Assembly (NCBI GenBank): GCA_964016885.1 | Contig: OZ024743.1 | Location: 318,680,001 to 318,744,000, forward strand | Length of the DNA: 64,000 nucleotides | Source: Eledone cirrhosa | Lineage: Eukaryota | Direction: 5' to 3' | In this document: in pieces, positions 41,895 to 54,137 of the stretch | How the letters are laid out: each line of letters starts with the position of its first letter | Numbering within the stretch: position 1 is the first letter of the stretch | Made by a program: the position numbers and the translations under genes | Notes under the pieces: model-generated | Databases searched by the model: none | The model's input: the letters and a program-made list of their open reading frames with translations, nothing else | Told to the model about the DNA's origin: nothing

Positions 41895-42835
41895 TCCTTT
41901 ACTGAGAGAGAAACTGGACATAAGAGGGGTCAGATGCAGTGTACAGGAGAGGAGATTGTGGTGGTGCGGCCATGTAATATGTATAGAAGATGACAGCTAT
42001 ATAAAAAGGTGTGTGGCATTCAAAGTTGATACAAACTATGGAAGAGGAAGATTGGAAAGGAATGCAGCTTGCATTCTCCAATGGATGTGTAATGAATGGC
42101 AAAGTGTCAATGAACTGAGTGAGAAACTAGGTACAAGAGAGATCAGATGCAGTGTGCAGAAGAGAAGATTGTAATGTGTATGGAAGGTGACAGCTGTATA
42201 AATAAGATGCAGGGCACTCAAAGTCGATAGAAACTATGGAAGAGGAAGATCTAGGAAAGCTTGGGATGAAGTTATAAAAGCTAACCTTGCAAATTTAAAC
42301 TTCTCAAAAGAGATGCTGTACTGTAGAAAACCCATCTTCCCATGTGCAAAGAATGAAACAAACATGTAGAGAACACTAGATTGCACTACAATTCTGGACA
42401 TGATACCACATGTGTACTTCCACAATATGGCTGCCATGACAAAAAGCACTTAATACACATTGTATAGCAATCTGGTACCATAACAAAAAAAAAAAACAAA
42501 AAAAAAAAATCACCCAGTCCAACTCATAAGGTGATCGCACTGTTGACAAGAGAAAAAAAGCACCCAGTCCATCCTGGAAGATGGTTGTGTTGGTGACACA
42601 AAAAAAATGCACTCAGTCTATCCTGTAAAGTGGTGGTGCTGGTGACATGATGAAAAAGTACCTAGGCTCCACAGTAATGTGGTTGACAGTATGAATGGCA
42701 TCCAGCTGTAGAAACCAAGTGAAAATACAGATCTGTATGAGCAAGACATGGTCACTTGACTAGGCTTTCATAATGTAACAACCTGTCTAACTCATGCAAA
42801 CATAGAATGTGGAATTTAAACAATGATGATGATAT
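41895..42835 (+). mobile_element. Decayed, partly duplicated RTE 3' end
   Basis: VRCSVQERRLWWCGHV; second copy IRCSVQKRRL; decayed 3'UTR. Confidence 0.75.
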
Positions 42836-43372
42836 ATATATATATATTTATATGTCTTATGGTAGCTAAATGTTAAGCAGTCCAAGTGGAAGGAAGCTAT
42901 CGGAAAGTGAAACCTTAGAATATATAAAGAGAAGTTGTGAAAACTAATCCTAAGAGACTAAATCTTATGATGAAAACAAAAAAGACCACAACAAATGGCG
43001 AGTCACTGTCTCAAGGTTGGACTCATAATCATAAGGTTGCAGGTTCAATTCTAACACTGGGTGGCACATTTTGGTCTTGAGCAAAATACTTCATTTCAGG
43101 TTGCTTTTCATGACATAAATTGGGACCTTAATGAATAAAACACTTGAGAAATTTTGTTATGAGATGCAGCGTCATGTGGGCAGTATAGGTTTAGCAGTAA
43201 ACTTAATTTTTTTCTTAATTTCATTTTACTATGTGAGAAAAGACCTGTCCAACAACTACAAAAATGGAAAAACAGACATAAAAATGATGATGAAAGGTTC
43301 TCACACACATATTTTATGTGTGTAATCTTTCAGATGCCTTTTACACTGAATCATCAAATGTTTAATTATAAA

Positions 43373-43810
43373 TCATCATCACCGTTTTATGTCCGTTCTT
43401 CCACGCTAGCATGGGTTAGACAGGTTGTCCTGTTATGGGCAGTGTCCGGTCGGCTGACCTTGTCTTGCTCATACGGGAACTGATTCTGGCTTGATTTCTA
43501 CAGCTGGATGCCCTTCCTAACACCAACCTCATTTACAGTGAGTGCTGGGTTGTTTTTTTTCCTGTGGCGCCTACACGTCCACTTTACAGTGTGGGCTGGG
43601 TGCTTTTTTGCCATGGCACCTCCACGACCACTTTGCAGTGGAATGATAGGGACCCCAGTCCTATAATATCATTTCTACAGCTGAGTAAACTGGAGCAATG
43701 TGAAATAAAGTGTCTTGCTCAAGGAAAAAACACATCACCCGGTCCGAGGATTGAACTCACAACCTTTCGATTGCAAGCCCAATGCTCTAACCACTAAGCC
43801 ATGTGCCTTC
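43373..43810 (-). mobile_element. Chimeric element: SINE A head joined to RTE subfamily A tail
   Basis: 43630-43810 matches the SINE head; 43373-43630 matches the tail at 1440-1700. Confidence 0.75.
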
Positions 43811-44308
43811 GCAAATATAAACTTAAACCAACAGTTTTAGTTTGACCTGGCATACTTTGATATTGTTGAACCTCTATTGCTTCTGATGAGGAGTTCAATT
43901 CAATCAATGGAGAACCTCCTAGTGAAATTAAGTGGCTGAGCATTACATAGACACATGTATCCATAACATCATCCTCAGGTGTTTTCAGTGCAACACAACA
44001 CAGTGTGTGACACAACTCATTCTTGCCAGCTGAATGAACTGGAGCAATGTGAAATAATATCTCTTGTTCATGGATACAACACATGGTCAGGAATGAAACT
44101 GACAACCTTAGGATTGTGTGTAGAACATCCTAACCCCTAAGAAATGCACCTTCACTATTTTGATCTATTTTATGTTATAAAGAATTGAGTATTCTCTACT
44201 TCATGTATTGAGGTCACTACTTTGTTACATACAAATACATAAAATATTAGCATTAATTATATTTAAATGTATTATGTATATATATATGTGTGTTAGGGGT
44301 TATATATA

Positions 44309-45739
44309 TCATCATCATCATCATCATCACCGTTTTACGTCCGTTCTTCCACACTAGCATGGGTTAGACGGGTTGTCCTGTTGTGGGCAGTGTCTGGTCG
44401 GCTGACCATGCCTTGCTCATATAAGAACTGATTTGGCTTGATTTCTACAGCTGGATGACCTTCCTAACACCAACCTCATTTACAGTGAGTGCTGGGTGCT
44501 TTTTCGTGGCCGCTACACGTCCACTTTACAGTGTGGGCTGGGTGCTTTTTTGCCGTGGCACCTCCACGACCACCTTGCAGAGGGAGGGTGTGGGGGCATA
44601 TTGTCTATATGCTTCAGCTTGTACCCATGGGAGGTCGGGTACTCTGTATTACTGCGTGACGCCAGAGGTCACGGTCGTGTGTCATCACCTTTGAGAGGTG
44701 TAATTGGGTAAGGTCGGCTTTTATCACCTCATCCCAGGTCATCTTGGGTCTCCCCACTCCGCGGTTTCCATCGACTTCTAGTGCTCTGCACCTTTTTATG
44801 CAGCTGTCATCCTTCACACGCATCACATGTCCATACCAACGCAACCGCCTCTCCTGCACACAGCATTTAATTCCTCTTATGCTCAGTCTCTCTCTCAATT
44901 CATTTATGCTTTGTCATTCGCATATATTACTATTACACATCCATCGGAGCATGCTGGCTTCGTTTCTTTCTAATCTATGTAAGTCTTCCACCTTCAGCGC
45001 CCAGGTCTCACTACCATGTAACATTGCTGTTCGGATACACGCATCATACAGTCTGCATTTCATTTTGAGGGAGAAGCCTTTTGCAGCTAGCAGTGTTAGT
45101 AGTTCCCTGAACTTCTTCCATCCCGTTCTTACCCTAGTTATTGTATTTTCTGAACACCCACCTCCGCTGCTATTGAGCACAGCATCTCTCCACTTCTCAC
45201 GGTCCTTCGTCATCTCCACCGTGAGCTTCAGTGATCTGAGGTCTGTTCTCACCACCTCCACCCATGTTTTTCGTGGTCTACCTCTACCACGTCTTCCTTC
45301 AACTGGCATTTCCTGGCACTCCCTCATGCATCGGTCATCCTCCATGCGCATCACATGTCCATACCACCACCGTCTCCTCTCTCACACACTTCATTCTATC
45401 CCTCTCAGACAGTTTCTCTCTCAACACATTCATGCTGGGTCGTTCACGCACATTGACCCTGCACATCCAACGGAGCATGCTTGCCTCATTTCTCTCCAGC
45501 CATTGCATATCCTCTGCAGTTGCTGCCCATGTCTCACTACCATGCAGCATCGCGCTCCTGACACAGGCATCATATAACCGGCCTTTCGTACACAGGGAGA
45601 AACCCTTCTTCGTCAGCAGATCCATCAGTTTTATACCCCTATAATTGCTCCTCTCCAGAGCATCCCCTTTACCTTTGCAGCAATTTATAAGAATACTGCT
45701 GCACCAGTCTTTGGGTATGACACCACCATATATAGCCTG

Positions 45740-45740
<1 letters not shown>
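44309..45740 (-). mobile_element. Mosaic of RTE fragments
   Basis: Subfamily A 3' 860 bp abutting a different RTE C-terminus (GRGRPRKTWVEVVRTD) and an N-terminal RT piece (KGKGDALERSNYRGIKL). Confidence 0.9.
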
Positions 45741-45785
<45 letters not shown>

Positions 45786-46129
45786 CATGCTAGCGTGGAA
45801 GATAGACGTTGAATGACAATGATGATGATGATATATATATATATTAGTGTGTGTGTGTATATATGTGTGCATGTATTTATATTGGGCATCCAGCAGTAGA
45901 AACCAAGCCAGAAACAGTTCTGTATGAGCAAGACATGATCATCTGATCTGACTTGTCTTACAATGGGACAACTCGTCTAACCCATGCTAGTGTAGAAAAA
46001 TGGACACTAAACAGTGATGAGGAAGATGATGATGATATATATATATGTATTCATACATACATGCATATCATCATCATCATCGTTTAACGTCCAAAAAAAT
46101 ATGTTGGTACATGTATGTGGTCATATTTA

Positions 46130-46830
46130 TGAGGGTAGACTAAAATGTTCATAGGCTGACTATGAAGGAGTGATACTTTTGCTTTGAAATCTTTCATGCA
46201 TTAATTTAAACCAGTGGTTCCCAACCTTTTATAATAAATTCCACCTTAATGATATAGCAAAACAGTATCCCCCCCCCCCCCCCCCCAAAAAAAAAAATTT
46301 AAATTTTTGATATAATTTTTTTATGTAAAAATAATTTCGGTGTGTCTTTTTATTTCAATCAAATCATTTTAAATTTATTATAAACTTTACTAAAATTTAC
46401 TAAAATAAATAATATATATCCTGTTATAAAAATAAGTTTCTTTACTAAGTTTATTTACTAAAACATAAATTGTTATATCCAGATTTAAATAATTATCAAG
46501 TGAAGTGAAATCATAATTAGAAAAGGTAGAAAGTTGATAAAAAGTTTAATATAAAAATTTGAAGCAAGAAAAAGAACAAATTATGTTAGGAAACTACTCT
46601 TCTTTTTTATGTATGAAATTTTGTGATTTTTAGTTAATTCCCGTGGTTCCCCCAATAATTAGCTATGGCCCACTGGTGGGCCATGGCCCCCTGGTTGGGA
46701 ACCAATGTTTTAAACCATTCGTATTAATAATTGCATTGCTTCCTTTCAGGGACTATGCTGAAAAATAAACTTCATTTGTTCATTCTCTGAGAGTGTTTGG
46801 TCAGCCTATGAACTTTTCAGCCGACCCTCG
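46130..46830. mobile_element. mariner-type MITE containing a nested hAT MITE
   Basis: TIR (C/T)GAGGGT..CTGAAAAGTTCATAGGCTGAC with TA flanks. Confidence 0.8.
46212..46707. mobile_element. hAT (Charlie-like) MITE
   Basis: CAGTGGTTCCCAACC / GGTTGGGAACCAATG; TSD ATTTAAAC / TTTTAAAC. Confidence 0.85.
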
Positions 46831-47204
46831 TACATGTATCTTCTATGGATTTAGTATATTTAGTTATTTAACTGAGTATGTGTATACTCTAGAGTATGGT
46901 AAAAGTCATAGTTGAATGAATATGTGTGCATATGTATGACTACATATGTATTTGTGTGTGTGTACACAGGCAGATATATTTATCACAATGTAGTTGTTAA
47001 GACTTGTTCTGGTTAATGTTTTTCAAGTTACAAACATCATCTGATACAGACACCATCTATACATAAAGTAGATGGTGATAGTGTATTTTATATTAAACTA
47101 GTAGAAGTACCCAGTGTTGCTTGGTTTAAAGAAAATAATGAAATTTCATTTAAAACTTGATATATTTTCTGAATACTTATTGTGACTAGTGATTCTAACA
47201 TTTT

Positions 47205-47792
47205 TACATCGTTTTTTACATCTGCTTTTCTACGCTTGCATGAGTTGGATGGGTCCTTTCCAGGACAGCATCTCTCCACTCTTTGCATTCCTTCATCGTC
47301 TCCTCTGTGAGTCTCAGTGATTTAAGATCAGCTCTCACCACCTCTTCCCAGGTCTTTCTTGGTCTACCTCTACTGTGGCTTCCTTCCACTAGTATTTCCT
47401 GGCACTTCTTCACACAGCAATCATCATCCATGTACATCACGTGTCAATACCAATGTGGTCTTCTCTCCTGTACACAGCTTTGGATTCCTCTTCAACCCAG
47501 CCTCTCCCTCAAATCATCCAAGCTCTGCCTTTCTCTCATATTTACATTGCACATCCAATGAAGTATGGCTGCTTCACTTCTCTCCAGTCTATGCATGCTC
47601 TCCAGAGACACAGCCCATGTTTCACTACCATGTAGCATCACACTTCACACTGAGGTGTCATATAGTCATCCTTTTGTAGATAGGGAGAAACCTTTTGTTG
47701 TCAACAGTGGGGGGAGCTCTCTATCCTTCTTCCATCCTATCCTTATTCTAGCTATTGTGCTAGTGTGGAAGATAGACGTTAAATGATGATGA
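47205..47792 (-). mobile_element. RTE 3' fragment
   Basis: GRPRKTWEEVVRADL, IRIGWKK.RELPPLL. Confidence 0.85.
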
Positions 47793-47891
47793 TATATGTG
47801 TGTGTGTAGGTTTTTGAGTGGAGTCAAGGGGTAACAATAATTAAAAAAAGTACTCAATACCTTGGTAGAGTATAGGCATCTTTATTATATA

Positions 47892-47979
47892 TAGAAATGA
47901 CTTCTACAGGACTAGAACTGTTTCATTCATATAAATTCATACAACTGAAACAGTTCTAGTCCTGTAGAAGTCATTTCTA
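47892..47979. repeat. Palindrome of hammerhead 3' halves (family of 60272)
   Basis: Arms GAAACAGTTCTAGTCCTGTAGAAGTCATTTCTA; no CTGATGA. Confidence 0.75.
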
Positions 47980-48821
47980 CATATATGTTGGTCTTTGTAT
48001 TTATTATTACTCAGTAATGTACTGGGTAATTGCTGGCCTTGTGCCAAAAGTAGAAATAATTATTACTATATATATATACACACACATACAGAATAAGCAC
48101 TAACCCTTTTGATACTAATCCATTCCAAACTGTCTCAAGTTCTATAGAACAAAACCACCCATTTTAAAGGATTCTTATTTAAATTAGAATCTTCCAACAT
48201 AATTTGATAAGTTATGTTACAAATATCACCATAAAGATGAAATAATATAGATTAGTAATTTCCTTTAAATTTCTAATTAATTTATTGAAATAGAGTGTAT
48301 TTCATTAAAATATGTTTACAAAAGTGTTAAAAACCAAAAATGATGTTATTTGAATATATATGTTTATATACAAGGATGAAGAGAATTAACAGACATTGAT
48401 CAGTGTATACAAATTGAGCTAAATGTTAAACAGTGTAGTGTATATATAAGAACTGTTGTATTAAAAGAGATAAATAAGACAAGGAAATGTTCATACCAAA
48501 GTATGTATAGCACCCAAAGAATTAAAGAGAGGTGATATCTTGGGTGGCAGAAAATGGGCATTCTTTGATAGAGATATCTTTAAGAGTTATGTAAAAGATA
48601 CAACTTTGAAAAGATACAACAATGTGAAGTTATACATAGCTGAGCAGAGTAATGGAGACATAGGAAGAGGCAGAGCATTGGAGAAAAGTTGAGAACACTG
48701 GACTTTATAGAGGAGAAGATAGAGAGGACTGATTTGTGTGGAAAGTGAAGGTATTGAAAACAATATCAGCTCAAGGCTGCATTAAACAACAAATATAGAA
48801 CCAATAATGATGGATCTTTAA

Positions 48822-49001
48822 CCCTTGAGCATTTAAGCCGGCCATACCTGGCCAGAATTCTCTCCCCTCTCTGTTCAAGGTATTGTTTTCAAAATAATAG
48901 CAAAATTTCGTAGATTCAATATTACATGAGATAATTATGTGAGACAAGCCATTACTACGCAAATACAATAGTAAATACAGAGTAATGTAAATACTAAAGG
49001 G
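48822..49001. mobile_element. piggyBac-like MITE
   Basis: TTAA|CCC ... GGG|TTAA. Confidence 0.75.
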
Positions 49002-49609
49002 TTAAGAGTTGTAGCTTTGAGAAATTTAAACCTGGTGAAATCCATCCCTCTCCAGAGAGAAAGAGAGGGCAAGAATGAGAGAAAATTTGATAAAGAAAGA
49101 TTGGGTAAGAATTGCTCCAGTACTGGAATGCTACTTTACTGATTGACTCTGAAAGGGTGAAAAGCAAAGATGCTCTTAATGGGATTTGAACTCAGAGTGC
49201 AGAGAGCCAGAACAAATACCATACAGAAGTTTGATCAGGGCATTAAAATGGCTGAAAGACTTTTAGGAAACTGTTACTTCTGAGTGACCAATGTCTTTCT
49301 TTTTTGCATGATATAAAGACTTTATAAAGTGCATATAAATATGAATAAAAAAACAAAAGAAGATGTGTAAGGGTTGACCCAAGGCTGGTTCAACTCCACA
49401 TGACTGGACAAGAAATATGCAAGAATAATGCTTTTAGAGCAACATTACATATGTGGGTGCATAATACAGAAATCAAAACAGCTTAAATTTAACCCTTTTC
49501 ATACCAACTTACTTGAGATAGCTTCTGGTTCTATGAAACAAACTCCTCCCTTTTAAATTGTTTATATGTAAATTTAAACCCTTTATCATGGCGGCAAATT
49601 GGCTGAGTC

Positions 49610-49890
49610 ATTCTAATGGATTTCTCCACCTGCTTCAGTGGAACTCCATTCACATGTAGAGCGTACTGTGCAGGCTCCCTTGAGAGGATAAGTATCTAAG
49701 TTTTCGCAGCACTGATTTTCATTCCAGCCATGCAGCACTCGGCATCAAACCTATCAAGTTCAAGTCGGAGATCACCTTCTGTTGAGTTAAGTAACACCAT
49801 GTTGTCTGCAAATTCCATCCGACTGATTTTATATTTGCCAGTTGTGATACTACTTCCAACCCAACTGTGCATGTCAATCCTGTTCACTAG
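49610..49890 (-). mobile_element. Non-LTR RT fragment (RTE-like)
   Basis: FADNMVLL...GMKISAAKT. Confidence 0.75.
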
Positions 49891-51365
49891 AAATATAGTA
49901 ATGAAAGGGTTATGGCATTATTCCTGTTTATATTTAGTCTAAAGTCTGAAGTCAGTCTCAAGTCCGGAGGCTCATTAGGCCAGTGCTTATCCCAGTTCCT
50001 GTGGTGTAAAGTGACTGAGAATACAAAACTCCCCCTGAACAGGAAACAAAGTGTTTTGTTCAAGAACACAACACACAACCCAGTCCAGGAATTGAACCCA
50101 TGACATTATGATAATAAATCCAACACCCTTATCACTAGGCCATGTGCCTCCCCTATATATATTTAGTGGTCTCCATCATTGGAGCACCACCTTCAAAAGA
50201 AAAGCCAATTATATCATTGTCAATGCACCAATACATATTTTATTAACTTCAGAAGGAAGAAAAGCAAAGCCTACTTGGGTGGGATTTGAACACTGAATAC
50301 AGAAAAGCATGAAACCAGATACAAGATATTTTCCCCTCTCTACTAGTTCCATCATCTACCATTCCTAACAGGAAAAAAATGTATATATTGCATTTTTACT
50401 GATAATTCAATTTATGGAAGTTTAATCTAGCCTATTAACTATATAAATAGTTTGGTGATTTTTTTATGTTTAGGGGATTAATTATAAATATATTCGTTAA
50501 ATAATGGAATCCTTACAAGATGCCTCATTAATGATACACTAATTTCCTAAGATTTTATACGAATATTAATTGACTATATCTTTTTAAAAAATATAATATT
50601 TTAAAGCTAAAATATCAAGTTACTCTAGCTCTTTACAGTTATGTATTTATTTACATTTATCTAGAAACTTCCATTATTAATAATCTTTCTAAATCATAAA
50701 AACAAAGGAAAGAAGCTGATTGTCATAGGAAACACTGTGGCCAGCAGATATAATAGTTAGTTGTGATATAAACAGGAACCTGTCAGTCAAATAAGCAACC
50801 CTGGACCAACAGTGGTAAACTACTTAAGGAGAAGGAGCAATGGATGACACCCAAGAAAACTCTTACAACCCAGCGATGTAGCTAGTACGAGGGAGTAAAG
50901 GCTGCCTCTAAAAAAGCCTAGATTTCGTGGGTCTGAGAAAAGTCCCAGGTTGGTGACTGGTGAGAATAAGACTACCAAAACACTTCTATGCTACACTTTT
51001 TGTAAAAATAAACTTAACCATTTTGATGTCAAACCATCTGAAACCATTCCTGTTTCTATGTTAAGTTATTTCTTTCATCATAATTTAAGTTATGTTCCAA
51101 ACACCAGCTTTATAATGAGAAATTTTAATATATTACTTCTCCAAATTCTTGATTATTTTCAAAATCATTTGCAAATTATAAGCAGTTTTTTTCATTAGAA
51201 ATATGATAATGAAAGAATTTAAAACATAAACAAATTTTAAATACAGTTGGGAAAAGGTTAAAACTTTATTCATATAGTTTTAACATTTCCCCAGCTGTAT
51301 TTTAAATTTGGTTATGTTTTCGGACTTGAGATGTTCGGATATTTGTTTGGTAAATATTTATGCTA

Positions 51366-51445
51366 TTTAATAGATTCTGAAGAGTTCAATACAGCAGAAA
51401 GAATATTCCTGTTGTATTGATTGAAACGTTCATCAATCAATTAGA
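51366..51445 (+). ncRNA. Type I hammerhead ribozyme, slightly decayed
   Basis: CTGAAGA 51377-83; 12-bp stem II; GAAA 51423-26; ATC site; stem I GATT/AATC with extension. Confidence 0.6.
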
Positions 51446-51829
51446 TCATTTAATATAATTTAATCCTGGTTATTTTTATTCATATATATATATATATATG
51501 AATATTCCCCACTTATCTTACTGGAGCCGAGTAAGATAAGTGGGGAAAGTGCACTTAAAATGAAGGTGGTCAGATTTTTTTCATTCAACAACTGTATGTA
51601 TTATTTGACAATTCAAATTACATGTACCAAACTAACTATGAAATGTAAAGTTGGGGGTTTGTTTATATATTCTAAGTTTTTGTGTATGAAAACCTGAAGT
51701 GCCCCAAGCTGTAATTCTGGCCCTGAGGGTAGTAGGTGTTTCAAATGTAAAAGCTATATAAATTTTGCCTTCTGTTTTCCATACTCTAGTTTTCTTATTA
51801 AAAAAGTATTAACTGGATTCTTTTTATCA

Positions 51830-52175
51830 TGACACCAGGACAACTATTTTACAGAGAGGACTGAATGCATTTTATAGTAAAATTAGCACTACCACTTTAC
51901 AGAGTGTACTGGGTGCATTTATCATGACACCAGCACACCACTTTACAGAGTACACTAGGTGTATTTTATCATTACATCAGCCCTACCACTTTACAGAGTG
52001 CACCGAGTGCATTTTATCATGACACCAGCACACCACTTTACAGAGTGCACCAGGTGTATTTTATCATGACACCAGCACTACCACTTTATAGAGTGTATTG
52101 AGTACATTTTAACGTGACATAAGCAGTACCACTAAACAGAGTATACTGGGTGCATTTTATCATGGCACTGGCATC
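51830..52175 (-). repeat. About 42-bp tandem array
   Basis: Reverse of the 7360 unit, about 8 copies. Confidence 0.75.
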
Positions 52176-52872
52176 AAAAAGATTATCTCTTCAGCAAGAC
52201 TAAAAGGAGACCTCTCAACAAGGCTGAAATAATCTCTTTGTATATGCATTCCTTTATCTAAGCTTGTATATTCTAACACACGACATATAACACTCAATTA
52301 GAAATTCGCAAAAAAAAAAATCATCGTTAAATGATATCAGTAAAATCAAGGAAAGTCATTCTCCTTAAGACCATTATTAATATAAATATGACTTTTACAA
52401 TTTTAAAAATGTTTATATTGATAACATATGGTTATCTATCTTTGATGATAATTTCATGATTTTAAATAACATCGACTGCACTTTTTCTTGCATCATTGTA
52501 TATAATATATATATATCATTATCATCATCATCATATATATACATGTACATATACACATGCACAAACACACACACACATATATATACACACACAGGCACAT
52601 AAACACATATATAATCATTATCATCAGTTTTATGTCCATGTTTTTCCATGTTGGTGTGGTTTGAACAAGTCTTTTCCTGGCAAGAAAAAGACATTGATTT
52701 AACTGATAAAATAGGATGATAAATTGTTAACACACACACATGTGTATATGTGTGTGTATGTACATGCCACCTTTGCCTTTAAAAAAAAAAATCTATACTC
52801 TGTATTGTGTGCTCATATATGGGCATGCATGCATGGGTATGTATATACACATATGTGTGTGTGTGTTTATAT

Positions 52873-53370
52873 CATTATCATCATCAGTTAACGTCCATCT
52901 TCCATGCTAGCATGGGTTAGACGGGAGTTGTCCCAATTTGAGGCAAGGTTGGTCGGGTGACTGTGTCTCGCTCATATAGGACTATCTGGCAGGTTTTCTA
53001 CAGCTGGATGCCCTTCCTAACACCAACCACATTTACAGTGTGGACTGGGAACTTTTTACCGTGTTACCTACACGGCCACATTACAGCGTGGACTGTGTGT
53101 TTTTTTGTTGTGACACCTACACGATCTCGATCTCATTATCTCATTTATTTGGACTGGATGTTGTGGTACCAACTTTACAGAGAGAGGGTGGTGCTGGTGG
53201 GAGTGGGAGGAGAGGGTAGGGGTAGTGGATTGGGGTGTATATTTGGTTAAGAGGTGCCTACTGACTTTGTACATAGGCAAGGCAGGTCTTCTGTATTACT
53301 GCGTGGCGCCAAAGATCTTGGTCCAGTGACATTGTCTTAGAGAGGTGCAAGTGTGTAAGGTTGGAATTTA
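52873..53370 (-). mobile_element. RTE 3' end
   Basis: Matches 38240-38722 in reverse. Confidence 0.85.
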
Positions 53371-53713
53371 CACATACAAATGCACACACACACACATCAT
53401 CATCATCATCATCATCATCACTGTTTAATGTCAATTTTTCCATGCTGGCATGGGTATACATGTGTGTGTGTATATATTCCAGTCATCCTATCTACTGGAC
53501 CACCTATTCAATTTAATCATAGTTAAAATGGTTATAAACATAAATCTTGGATGGAATCAGTTTACCATTGTGTGCAATAAACATGGACCTTGGAAATACA
53601 CATACAGTCCGTCCAACTGGATCTCTTAGAATCTCTGTCTACCGAGTTTCATTCACAAGGCTTAGGTTGACATGATGTGTTGGGATTGAAACTTTAACCT
53701 TTTGCTTGAAAAA

Positions 53714-53788
53714 AGGGCCTAAGTTATTGACCTCCTCATGGTGGGCTCTGGAAATTGATCTGATCTTGATCAGGCAAATAACAACAGC
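53714..53788 (+). ncRNA. HDV-like ribozyme, copy 1
   Basis: P1 AGGGCCT/GGGCTCT, P2 GTTATTG/CAACAGC, P3 ACC/GGT, L3 TCCTCAT, P1.1 CC/GG, P4 TTGATC/GATCAG, J4/2 GCAAA plus 3 extra nt. Confidence 0.7.
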
Positions 53789-53829
53789 CTGAAACAGCAA
53801 CAGTCTCAAATGCAAGAAGATCTAACCAA

Positions 53830-53903
53830 GGGGCCTAAGTTATTGACCTCCTCGTGGTGGGCCCTGGAAACTGATCTCTGATCTCGATCAGGTGAACAAT
53901 AGC
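53830..53903 (+). ncRNA. HDV-like ribozyme, copy 2
   Basis: P1 GGGGCCT/GGGCCCT with G1.U wobble, P2 GTTATTG/CAATAGC, P3 ACC/GGT, L3 TCCTCGT, P1.1 CC/GG, P4 CTGATC/GATCAG, J4/2 GTGAA. Confidence 0.8.
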
Positions 53904-53961
53904 CTGAGACAGCAACAATCCCATATGCAACAAGAAGATGTTTGAAAAACAAGGCTAATTA

Positions 53962-54137
53962 CCGTATTTTCTGGTGCCGAAGACGCTTCGTCCTCGAGGG
54001 CGCACCCTAATTTTGACAACCAAAAATTTGAAAAAAAATAATAAACAACCTTTGGACTCATGGTACCAGGACGTATGGTAGATTTTTTAGACTTATTTTA
54101 GGAAAAAAGTAGCGTCTACGACGCCGGGAAATACAGT
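53962..54137. mobile_element. Tc2/pogo-like MITE
   Basis: Reverse copy of 113-281. Confidence 0.75.

Noticed and set aside
44744-45577. 277-aa plus-strand ORF
   Set aside because: Antisense shadow of RTE coding sequence
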